Source: Patescibacteria group bacterium (GTDB lineage Bacteria > Patescibacteriota > Patescibacteriia > UBA1558 > GWA2-36-10). From it: a DNA stretch of 64,000 nt. The DNA lies in the NCBI GenBank assembly GCA_041665505.1, contig JBAYIR010000002.1, positions 11,602-75,601 on the forward strand, written 5' to 3'. Under the pieces are notes generated by a model. It did not search any database. It had not been told where the DNA came from and was given only the letters and a program-made list of their open reading frames with translations. The translations under genes and the position numbers were made by a program. Positions 1-7,545 of this stretch are shown here, piece after piece. Every line of letters begins with the position of its first letter. The stretch's first letter is position 1.

Positions 1-511
1 ATAGTAATGTGATAATATTATAATTTTCTAAAGCTATAATACTTAAGGCATGCCTAAATGTAGTAATTACATACAATGACAAAGTTTCTGAATAAGGCGC
101 CTGCCATGATTTTCTGACTGTGGGAGCAAAACCAAGCATATCTATTGTAGAGAGTAAAATAATAGACACTACCGGCTGTTTTACTATTAGCCAAAGCGGT
201 ATAGCTAATAGAGCCAGCACTAAAAATATTATATCTATTTTTTTAACATCTTTACTCCCTTTTTTAAAACCAATAATAAATATCAAAAGAGAAATCATTG
301 CTACAGCCAAGGTGACTAAAGATCCCAAGCCAGCCCCAGCACTTACTTGCAGAGCAAAAATAATTGCCGTGACAATACTCCAAATAAACCAAGAAAAAAT
401 ATGTGGTTTTGTCCTACCTTTGATAAGATCAATAAAATATGGAGTATAGCCAATAAAAGTCAGAGCAATGGCAACAATACTTGTAACTGTTTTGATGTTT
501 AAAAATTCCAT
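1..511 (-). CDS. Multi-pass membrane protein, PQ-loop-like (3' end runs off the window)
   Basis: Not in the ORF track. Read manually from ATG at 511: MEFLNIKTVTSIVAIALTFIGYTPYFIDLIKGRTKPHIFSWFIW...GFAPTVRKSWQAPYSETL. Hydrophobic, and the stretches read are open to the window edge. Confidence 0.75.
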   Translation of the reverse strand, partial: MEFLNIKTVTSIVAIALTFIGYTPYFIDLIKGRTKPHIFSWFIWSIVTAIIFALQVSAGAGLGSLVTLAVAMISLLIFIIGFKKGSKDVKKIDIIFLVLALLAIPLWLIVKQPVVSIILLSTIDMLGFAPTVRKSWQAPYSETLSLYVITTFRHALSIIALENYNIITLL

Positions 512-515
512 ATGT

Positions 516-1367
516 TTATTTCATCAAAAGTAAGCCTGCTAAAGCAATCAAACTGCCAATAATTTTTCGTGGCAAATCTTCACGTTCTTTCAAAAATATA
601 GCGGCCGCAATAAAAATAATCACAACTTTAAAAGTTGTAATGGCCGAGACTAAACTTAAATTTCCAACTACAAATATTAGAATGACCCAAGATAGTGATT
701 GCAAAAATCTTAAAGTCCCTGTAATAGTAATATCTTTTTTTGAATAGGCGCTTTTGTCTTGTGTTATAATAGTTGCTAAACCTAAAAAAATACATTGCAG
801 CCACCAACTAAGCATTGTGGAGGCGCTAAAACCTGTTATTTTTTGAAGTGTTCTTTCAGCAGTCAAACAAACGCCCAACATAATACCGCTTAACACCATC
901 AACATAAAATATTTATCAAATTTAAATTTCCCAATACGGTGCTTTTGAGAAACAATCAGCATTCCAATTAACAATAAAATAGTCCCAAATATTTGTATTG
1001 TTGTTAATTTTTCATTAAGAAAAAAAGTAGCCAAAAATATCGTTACTGGGGTATAAATATTACTGACCAATGTAGTCAGACCAGCCTCAATATGTTTTTG
1101 GGCAATATAGGAGCTTATAAAATAAGCTGCTCCAAATATTCCACAAATAATAGCTAGCCCTAATACATACAAAATATTCCCTGCTAGATAAAAAGGTGAG
1201 AAAAAAGGTAAAGCCAAACTCAAAATGACTGTAATCAAAGTCACTTGAAAAGCAAAATGTATTTGTCCTTTGTTGCTAATATTTTTTGTCGTGGCTAACC
1301 ATCTCCTTTGTAATGGAGAAGCGCTACCGGCAATAAAATAAAATATATAACTTAAAAATTCCAGCAT
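516..1367 (-). CDS. EamA/DMT family transporter
   Basis: About 10 TM helices with two EamA-type ends (FFLNEKLT, IFLKERE). Start moved from 1397 to ATG 1367, which follows a TG-n-TAATAT element. Confidence 0.8.
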   Translation of the reverse strand: MLEFLSYIFYFIAGSASPLQRRWLATTKNISNKGQIHFAFQVTLITVILSLALPFFSPFYLAGNILYVLGLAIICGIFGAAYFISSYIAQKHIEAGLTTLVSNIYTPVTIFLATFFLNEKLTTIQIFGTILLLIGMLIVSQKHRIGKFKFDKYFMLMVLSGIMLGVCLTAERTLQKITGFSASTMLSWWLQCIFLGLATIITQDKSAYSKKDITITGTLRFLQSLSWVILIFVVGNLSLVSAITTFKVVIIFIAAAIFLKEREDLPRKIIGSLIALAGLLLMK

Positions 1368-1436
1368 ACCCCTATATATTAACATAATATAAACCATTAA
1401 TAAATATGGATATTTTATTTAAACAATGCCTAATAA

Positions 1437-1464
1437 TTGCCAAAAATAACTAAATTGTTATAAT
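1437..1464 (+). promoter_or_regulatory. Sigma70 promoter with extended -10, near-leaderless
   Basis: TTGCCA-N16-TATAAT with TG upstream of the -10. ATG lies 9 nt downstream at 1474. Confidence 0.6.
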
Positions 1465-1473
1465 AGCCTTAAA

Positions 1474-1770
1474 ATGGCTAATAAATATAAACAACTCAGT
1501 CTCCCTCAAGCTAGCTTTGATTTCCATAATCACGGTCCTTTAACTACTCAAGAAATTTTGCAATTGGCTGATGATTTTATAGCTGATAGCTTGGAAAATA
1601 ATTTGTCTATTATTTCTTTGATTGTCGGCCAAGGCATCCATTCTAGTAATGGCCCAGTGGTCAAACCACTGATTTCAGACTTTCTAAGAAATCACCCCTC
1701 TGTCAAAAGTTTTTCTGAAGGAAAATTTACTCAAGGCGGACAAGGTGTCTTTATTGTCAAACTAAAATAA
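1474..1770 (+). CDS. Stand-alone Smr (MutS2 C-terminal-like) domain protein
   Basis: FDFH..., LIVGQGIHS...PVVK and GGQGVFIVKL match the Smr pattern (LDLHG / IxGxGxHS / GGxG). Confidence 0.8.
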   Translation: MANKYKQLSLPQASFDFHNHGPLTTQEILQLADDFIADSLENNLSIISLIVGQGIHSSNGPVVKPLISDFLRNHPSVKSFSEGKFTQGGQGVFIVKLK

Positions 1771-1795
1771 TTTCTAAGGCTTTGGGCTTAGGTAG

Positions 1796-1824
1796 TTGAA
1801 TTAATTGGCACTTTCCTGTATAGT
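1796..1824 (+). promoter_or_regulatory. Sigma70 promoter upstream of the ABC-F gene
   Basis: TTGAAT-N17-TATAGT. Confidence 0.55.
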
Positions 1825-1846
1825 AGCCAAGATAATATTAAAATTC

Positions 1847-1976
1847 ACTCCGTTAAATAAATTTGATTCCAAGTCATTTTATTATGGGAGGGGTGTTTAC
1901 AATATATTAATGTATAAATTATTAGTTATAATCAAATTTAATATTTGAGCTTAGCTCAAATATTATTTAACGGGGT
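1847..1976 (+). repeat. 130-bp element with terminal inverted repeats (MITE/REP-like, or structured leader)
   Basis: ACTCCGTTAAATAA (1847-1860) pairs with TTATTTAACGGGGT (1963-1976). There is an internal perfect hairpin TAATATTTGAGC-TTA-GCTCAAATATTA. Confidence 0.6.
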
Positions 1977-1982
1977 AAAATT

Positions 1983-3434
1983 ATGTCTGAAGAAGTAGTA
2001 CTTAGATTTAGTGACGTCACTTTTGAATATGCCGAGAGAAAACCAGTCTTAGATGAAGTCAGCTTTAGCGTGCGAAAAGGAGCCAAAATAACCCTAATGG
2101 GTCAAAATGGTGCTGGAAAAAGCACTGTCTTTAATTTGATTAAAGGCACTCTCAAACCAAAAAGCGGTAAAATTTCTTACCAACATGACGCTACTATCGC
2201 TACTGCTCAGCAGATGATTGATAGGGCTGACTACGAATTATCTATTGATGAATATTTTGCCAAAGCTTTCACCCAAGTAATTCCCGGACTAAAAAGCCAA
2301 ATTGCCAAAATACTAGATGTAGTCAACTTGAATATCTCCATGGACAAAAAAGTCGGTCTTTTGTCTGGTGGACAGCAAGCTAGATTACTTTTAGCTTTTG
2401 CTTTGATACAAAATCCAGACATATTACTACTTGATGAGCCAACCAATAATTTAGACCAAGCTGGTATTGATCATCTTATCCAATTTTTGATTATGTACGA
2501 TAAGACTGTGGTGGTGATTTCTCACGACGCAGATTTTTTGAACTGTTTTACTGAAGGAGTTATTTATCTTGATTCTCATACAAAAAAAATAGAAAACTAT
2601 GTTGGCGATTATTATTCAGTGGTAGAAGAAATATCCAAGCGGATAGAAAGAGAAATAAAAAAGAATGCTCAATTAGAAAAAGCTATTCAAGACCGCAAAG
2701 ATAAAGTAAATTTCTTTTCCAACAAAGGTGGTAAGATGAGACAGCTAGCCAAAAAACTCAAAGAGGAAACTGAAGACTTAGAAGAAAACAAAGTAGATGT
2801 CAGGCGAGAAGATAAAGTAATTAGAGATTTTATTATTCCTAGGCAAGACATTGTCGGCGAACTGGTCAATATCCAATCAGTCAAAGTCATTAAAAATCAC
2901 GAGCCAGTGACCAAAAAAGTAGAAAGAATACTAAGACACAAGACTCGCCTACTGGTCTCTGGGCCAAACGGTATTGGTAAAAGCACATTACTAAGATCAC
3001 TAGTAGAAAATAAAAGTGAAGGCGCTAAAATAAATTCCGAAGCTATAGTCGGTTACTATAGTCAAAATTTTTCCAATTTGGATTTTAATCAGACCGTTAT
3101 AGAATCACTAGAGAGTGCTCGCCTAGAAGGCTATACTATCCAAGAAATGCGATCTGTCGCCGCTGGCTTTTTGATTGGGGCTGATTTGATGGGACACAAA
3201 GTAGCTGAATTGTCCGAAGGACAAAAAGGACTACTAGCTTTTGCCCGGCTAGTTTTGATGAAACCGGGACTGCTGATTTTGGATGAACCGACTAATCATA
3301 TCAACTTTCGTCATATTCCCGTAATTGCCAAAGCCTTAAATCATTATGAAGGTGCAATAATACTTATCAGTCACATGCCCGACTTTGTCAAAGAAATAGA
3401 AGTCAACGAATATCTAGATTTAGGTAAATTATAA
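1983..3434 (+). CDS. ABC-F family ATPase (ribosome-associated)
   Basis: Two ABC domains (GQNGAGKS/LSGGQ/LLDEPTN and GPNGIGKS/LSEGQ/ILDEPTN), a charged linker, and no TM segments. Confidence 0.9.
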   Translation: MSEEVVLRFSDVTFEYAERKPVLDEVSFSVRKGAKITLMGQNGAGKSTVFNLIKGTLKPKSGKISYQHDATIATAQQMIDRADYELSIDEYFAKAFTQVIPGLKSQIAKILDVVNLNISMDKKVGLLSGGQQARLLLAFALIQNPDILLLDEPTNNLDQAGIDHLIQFLIMYDKTVVVISHDADFLNCFTEGVIYLDSHTKKIENYVGDYYSVVEEISKRIEREIKKNAQLEKAIQDRKDKVNFFSNKGGKMRQLAKKLKEETEDLEENKVDVRREDKVIRDFIIPRQDIVGELVNIQSVKVIKNHEPVTKKVERILRHKTRLLVSGPNGIGKSTLLRSLVENKSEGAKINSEAIVGYYSQNFSNLDFNQTVIESLESARLEGYTIQEMRSVAAGFLIGADLMGHKVAELSEGQKGLLAFARLVLMKPGLLILDEPTNHINFRHIPVIAKALNHYEGAIILISHMPDFVKEIEVNEYLDLGKL

Positions 3435-3435
3435 A

Positions 3436-3476
3436 AAATAAATCCGCTGATAAAATATAAAAGCGGATTTTTTATT
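3436..3476 (+). terminator. Intrinsic terminator
   Basis: AATCCGCT...AGCGGATT stem followed by a T-run. Confidence 0.65.
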
Positions 3477-3546
3477 TAGCAACTTGCCACTAATATAAAA
3501 CATTGCTAATATTAAAAAGCAATTTAATTATTTATTTTTTATATAT

Positions 3547-3951
3547 ATGTCTACAAAAGTATTTGTAAACCTGGCAGTCAAAGACCTGTCAAAAACTATG
3601 GAGTTTTTTAGTAAATTGGGATTTTCTTTTAACCCACAATTTACTGATGATAACGCCGCTTGCATGATTATCAGCGAAGAAAATTATGCTATGCTCTTAA
3701 AAGAAAAATTCTTCGCCAGTTTTATCACCAAAGAAATCGCTGATGCTAAAAAGACTACTGAAGTATTAATAGCCTTGTCTTTTGATAGCAAAGAGGCAGT
3801 GGATAAAATAGTAACTAAAGCCCTAGCTGCTGGTGGCAAAGAAACTAGAGATGCTCAAGATCTTGATTTTATGTACAGTCGCAGTTTTGAGGATTTAGAT
3901 GGTCATATTTGGGAACCATTTTGGATGGATCCAAAACATGTCCAAAAATAA
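3547..3951 (+). CDS. VOC/glyoxalase family protein
   Basis: VFVNLAVKDL...FFSKLGF...MYSRSFEDLDGHIWE. Confidence 0.85.
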   Translation: MSTKVFVNLAVKDLSKTMEFFSKLGFSFNPQFTDDNAACMIISEENYAMLLKEKFFASFITKEIADAKKTTEVLIALSFDSKEAVDKIVTKALAAGGKETRDAQDLDFMYSRSFEDLDGHIWEPFWMDPKHVQK

Positions 3952-3986
3952 TATTAAAAAATTAATCATTAAAGAGAATAAAATAT

Positions 3987-4385
3987 ATGAATAGAGTAGT
4001 ACACTTTGAAATACAAGTTGAAAATCCCGCTAGAGCTATCAAGTTTTATCAAGAGATTTTTGGCTGGGATTTCCAAAAATGGGACGGTGGTGATACTGAT
4101 TATTGGATGGTTTTGACCGCTAGCTCAGATAGCAAAGAGCCCGGTATAAATGGAGGCTTACTAAAGCGTCCTGGGCAAATGCCAACTAAAATGTCTGGTG
4201 CTAATGCTTTTGTCTGTACAGTTCAGGTAGATAATTTTGACGCCACAGCTGAAAAAATAGCTTTGGCTGGCGGTCTAGTGGCTATGCCCAAAATGGCGCT
4301 AGTCGGTATGGCTTGGCAAGGTTATTTTATAGATACTGAAGGCAATGTTTTTGGTGTACATCAGCCAGATACAAATGCCAAATAA
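3987..4385 (+). CDS. VOC/glyoxalase family protein
   Basis: VVHFEI...FYQEIFGW...GINGGL...YFIDTEGNVFG. Confidence 0.85.
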   Translation: MNRVVHFEIQVENPARAIKFYQEIFGWDFQKWDGGDTDYWMVLTASSDSKEPGINGGLLKRPGQMPTKMSGANAFVCTVQVDNFDATAEKIALAGGLVAMPKMALVGMAWQGYFIDTEGNVFGVHQPDTNAK

Positions 4386-4403
4386 ACCTTTAAACTAAAT
4401 AAC

Positions 4404-4443
4404 AAAAATCACTCTTGGTATTATGCTCAGAGTGGTTTTTTGT
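4404..4443 (+). terminator. Intrinsic terminator
   Basis: AAAAATCACTCT...AGAGTGGTTTTT hairpin. Confidence 0.6.
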
Positions 4444-4484
4444 TTATTATATTTTTTAAAATACATAAAGCTCGTCAAAGCCTC

Positions 4485-4513
4485 TTGACAATAATGTTAG
4501 AATAATATAACAT
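4485..4513 (+). promoter_or_regulatory. Sigma70 promoter overlapped by a palindromic operator
   Basis: TTGACA-N17-TAACAT. The inverted repeat ATGTTA-N8-TAACAT (4494-4513) covers the spacer and -10, upstream of an operon that encodes an XRE HTH. Confidence 0.65.
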
Positions 4514-4546
4514 AAAAATATGCTAACTAATTCTAACTAAAAAAAT

Positions 4547-5092
4547 ATGACTCTAAAAAAATACCAAAAAATTAGGTTAATAATTACTATTATTATTGCC
4601 GCCATTTTTAGCCAATCTATCAGCATGAATAACTTCTTTATTCCTATTGTTACACTACTAGTCAGCACTTTGATTCTGATTTACCTTCGAAAAAAAGTCA
4701 CTGAAGTAATGGTTGATGAAAGGGACAAAGAAATAGGTGGCAAATCTGCTTTGTTGGCCATACAAATATATTCATGGCTAGCAGTTATAATTATGTTTTT
4801 GATGTACTCACTAAAAAATATTAACCCTTTCTATGAAGCAGTAGCATTGACCTTAGCTTTTTCTACTTGTATTTTGATGCTCCTCTATGCTTTAATATTT
4901 AGGTATTATAATAAAATAAAAATGACGGACAAAAAATTGGCCTACACTACTCTGGTATTAGTACTATTTGTAGTGATGGCTATTTTGTCACTAAGAGTAT
5001 TCTCTGGCGAAGATAATTGGGTATGTAGTGATGGACAATGGGTAAAACATGGTCAGCCTGACTACCCTGCTCCACAAATAGAATGTAAATAA
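4547..5092 (+). CDS. DUF2178-like membrane protein with C-terminal EDNWxCxxGxWVKHGxP module
   Basis: About 5 TM helices, a VDERD motif, and an adjacent HTH gene. Confidence 0.65.
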   Translation: MTLKKYQKIRLIITIIIAAIFSQSISMNNFFIPIVTLLVSTLILIYLRKKVTEVMVDERDKEIGGKSALLAIQIYSWLAVIIMFLMYSLKNINPFYEAVALTLAFSTCILMLLYALIFRYYNKIKMTDKKLAYTTLVLVLFVVMAILSLRVFSGEDNWVCSDGQWVKHGQPDYPAPQIECK

Positions 5093-5093
5093 A

Positions 5094-5285
5094 ATGAAAA
5101 ATAATATAAAAAAATATCGGCTAAAAATGAATCTAACTCAAGATCAATTGGCACAAAAAGTGGGTGTTAGAAGAGAAACAATTGTATTTTTAGAGCAAGG
5201 GAAATACAATCCATCGCTCAATTTAGCTCATAATATTGCCAAAATTTTTGATGTGTCAATTGATAAATTATTTCTTTTTGATTAG
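5094..5285 (+). CDS. XRE family HTH transcriptional regulator
   Basis: [29 protein letters not shown]. Confidence 0.9.
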   Translation: MKNNIKKYRLKMNLTQDQLAQKVGVRRETIVFLEQGKYNPSLNLAHNIAKIFDVSIDKLFLFD

Positions 5286-5361
5286 GACTAATAGCCCAAG
5301 CATTGCTTTTTATCCACAAAACAGCTAGAATGGAAACATATTAACTAATATAAACTAATTT

Positions 5362-5877
5362 ATGGGAAACTTTAATAGAGACAGAGGTGGAGACCGACGC
5401 GGTGGCGGTGGAGGTTTTAATAGAGACAGAGGTGGAGACCGACGCGGTGGCGGTGGAGGTTTTAATAGAGACAGAGGTGATAGACCAACTATGCACAAAG
5501 CTATTTGTGATGCTTGTAAACAAAGTTGTGAAGTCCCATTTAAACCAAGTGGTGATAAACCAATATATTGCAGCGACTGTTTTAGCAAACAAGGTGGTGG
5601 CAGTGATAGACCAAGATTTGGTGGTGGCGACAGAGACAGAAGACCACGCTTTGAAGATAAAAGCGCCGGACCTAGAGATTCAGATTCCAAAGATATTTTA
5701 AAAGGTGTTAAAACCTTAAATTACAAGCTGGATGAACTGATAAAAATACTAGGTTCACAAAATACTAGAGTTTCAATAGAAACTACTAATGAAGAAGCAG
5801 CTCCTACTAAAAAAGAAGCTAAGAAAAAAGCTAGCCCCAAGAAAGTAGTCAAGAAAAAAGCTAGCAAAAAGAAATAA
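5362..5877 (+). CDS. CxxC-x17-CxxC zinc-ribbon protein with RGG-rich N-terminus and Lys-rich tail
   Basis: CDACKQSCEVPFKPSGDKPIYCSDC, (FNRDRGGDRRGGGGG)x2, and a KKEAKKKASPKK tail. Confidence 0.8.
   Translation: MGNFNRDRGGDRRGGGGGFNRDRGGDRRGGGGGFNRDRGDRPTMHKAICDACKQSCEVPFKPSGDKPIYCSDCFSKQGGGSDRPRFGGGDRDRRPRFEDKSAGPRDSDSKDILKGVKTLNYKLDELIKILGSQNTRVSIETTNEEAAPTKKEAKKKASPKKVVKKKASKKK
5371..5479 (+). repeat. Perfect 45-bp coding tandem repeat, 2.4 copies
   Basis: TTTAATAGAGACAGAGGTGGAGACCGACGCGGTGGCGGTGGAGGT at 5371 and 5416, with a partial copy at 5461. Confidence 0.95.
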
Positions 5878-5887
5878 TTTCAATTAT

Positions 5888-5917
5888 AAAAACCGGTCAA
5901 CTAAGATCGGTTTTTTT
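5888..5917. terminator. Bidirectional terminator (near-copy at 11158)
   Basis: AAAAACCGGTC-AACTAA-GATCGGTTTTTTT between convergent genes. Confidence 0.75.
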
Positions 5918-5944
5918 AATGAGTGATTTAATTTTAAAAATATA

Positions 5945-6847
5945 CTATTTTAATAAAATAAGTATCTCCGACGAATAAAGTAAAATAACACCTATAACAA
6001 TCATCAAAATTGGTATTATTTTTTTACTAAAATTATTTTCAATGCTCATTTTAATGCCAACTTTGTTAGCACTAGATTCTAGAATCAACACAGTAAGGGG
6101 CTGTGTGGCCGCAATTGAAGAAACAATTGTTGCTGGCAAACCAGCCATAGCAAAATAAGTTGTCAATATTCCCAAAAATGTCAGACTTTCATTAAGCACT
6201 GCCCATTTCAAATTTTTGAGCTCTGCTGGGAAACCCAGCCTAATTTTCTTATTAAACAAACCAGGTAGTATTGCTAAGCCAATACAAATACTACTAATAG
6301 CTATTCCATTTAATTCTGGCAAATTGTTAGTAGCAATTTTAATAAAAAATTCATACAGTGCCACAATAAATATAAGCGAAATCATCATCCACAAAGACAT
6401 TTTTAATTTAATTTTTTTATCTTTAATAGAAAGAAAAATTACTCCCAATAAAATGAAAAGCATACCAATATAAGCAATGGCAGATAATCGCTCATTGAGT
6501 ACTAAAAAAGATAATAGAGCAACAATTATTGGATAAACATAAACCATTCCGACCACATTTGATATATCATCTTTTATTAATATGTAATAGTAGAGAAAAA
6601 ATTCTAAACCAAAAATTAAACCAACTATTGCTGGAAAAAATAAATCTTTAATAGTTATGTCTGACCAGTCTAAAAAAATAGACAAAATAATTCCCATAGT
6701 AAAATTTACAATACCTGCTACGATTACAAAACTAAGAGGATTTTTTACTCGGTGAGAAACAACAAATTTATCTAACACATTCATTAAACCAAAAATAAAT
6801 GGCGAGATAATTGCAAAAATTAAAGGTAAAAATATGACGCTGGTCAT
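5945..6847 (-). CDS. EamA/DMT family transporter
   Basis: About 10 TM helices, with NVLDKF and YPIIVALLSFLVLNERL. Confidence 0.8.
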   Translation of the reverse strand: MTSVIFLPLIFAIISPFIFGLMNVLDKFVVSHRVKNPLSFVIVAGIVNFTMGIILSIFLDWSDITIKDLFFPAIVGLIFGLEFFLYYYILIKDDISNVVGMVYVYPIIVALLSFLVLNERLSAIAYIGMLFILLGVIFLSIKDKKIKLKMSLWMMISLIFIVALYEFFIKIATNNLPELNGIAISSICIGLAILPGLFNKKIRLGFPAELKNLKWAVLNESLTFLGILTTYFAMAGLPATIVSSIAATQPLTVLILESSANKVGIKMSIENNFSKKIIPILMIVIGVILLYSSEILILLK

Positions 6848-6901
6848 TTATATTCTTAATATTAAGTTAAATCTTTTATAAATTACACAAAAAAACTTAT
6901 T

Positions 6902-7531
6902 TTATTTTAAATCAAATTCTTTTACAAATTCAACAGCCGCACCATTATCCCCTATCTTATGTAAGACCAATTTATCAACCATAAATGTTTTTATATTCCA
7001 TTTCAAATTGCTTATTATATTTTTAGCTTCTTCAACGTCTTCCAAACGTATCAAAGATAAATGCGGATGACAATAATGATTCATGACGTAGGGATAAGCA
7101 TACTGGCTGACCATTTCCATTTCTTGCCTACTCAAGCGTTCTGCATATTCTATACTAGCAAACTTAGGATTTATATAACCTTCTCTTAGTGGATTTAATA
7201 TTTCTACTATATTTTTATGTAATATTTTTATTTCTGGGCTGAGTTCAAAATAGACCATTACATATCCGTGACGAGATTCTATTTTAGAATATGTCATCTG
7301 AATCAAATCAATATTCTTAACAAATTTCTCTACATTAGCTATAATCTTTGGCAGATTTTTGGCTGGATAGCTGGGAGGATAAATTGTAATGTGAGGATAA
7401 AAATTTTTAGCATCAAGAACAAACTTGGCTTTATATTTTGTAGCCAATTCTTGACTCATAGCCACAGCTTTATCAGATACTACTGGTGGAACCTGAAATG
7501 ATAGCCCAAGTCTTATATATTTTTCTTCCAT
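6902..7531 (-). CDS. 2H phosphoesterase (2'-5' RNA ligase-like)
   Basis: Two Hx[T/S] motifs, PHITIY and PHLSLI, about 110 aa apart. Confidence 0.75.
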   Translation of the reverse strand: MEEKYIRLGLSFQVPPVVSDKAVAMSQELATKYKAKFVLDAKNFYPHITIYPPSYPAKNLPKIIANVEKFVKNIDLIQMTYSKIESRHGYVMVYFELSPEIKILHKNIVEILNPLREGYINPKFASIEYAERLSRQEMEMVSQYAYPYVMNHYCHPHLSLIRLEDVEEAKNIISNLKWNIKTFMVDKLVLHKIGDNGAAVEFVKEFDLK

Positions 7532-7545
7532 GATTTTATTTTATC

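Noticed and set aside
120-449. 109-aa + strand ORF, and the many other short antisense or overlapping ORFs in the track (e.g. 5341-5701, 9886-10221, 13016-13714, 14380-14805, 37573-37974, 52032-52445)
   Set aside because: They are shadows of well-supported genes on the opposite strand or in another frame, and carry no motifs.
5371-5479. Tandem repeat as a possible CRISPR array
   Set aside because: The units are contiguous with no spacers, are a multiple of 3, and encode RGG repeats. No cas genes are present.
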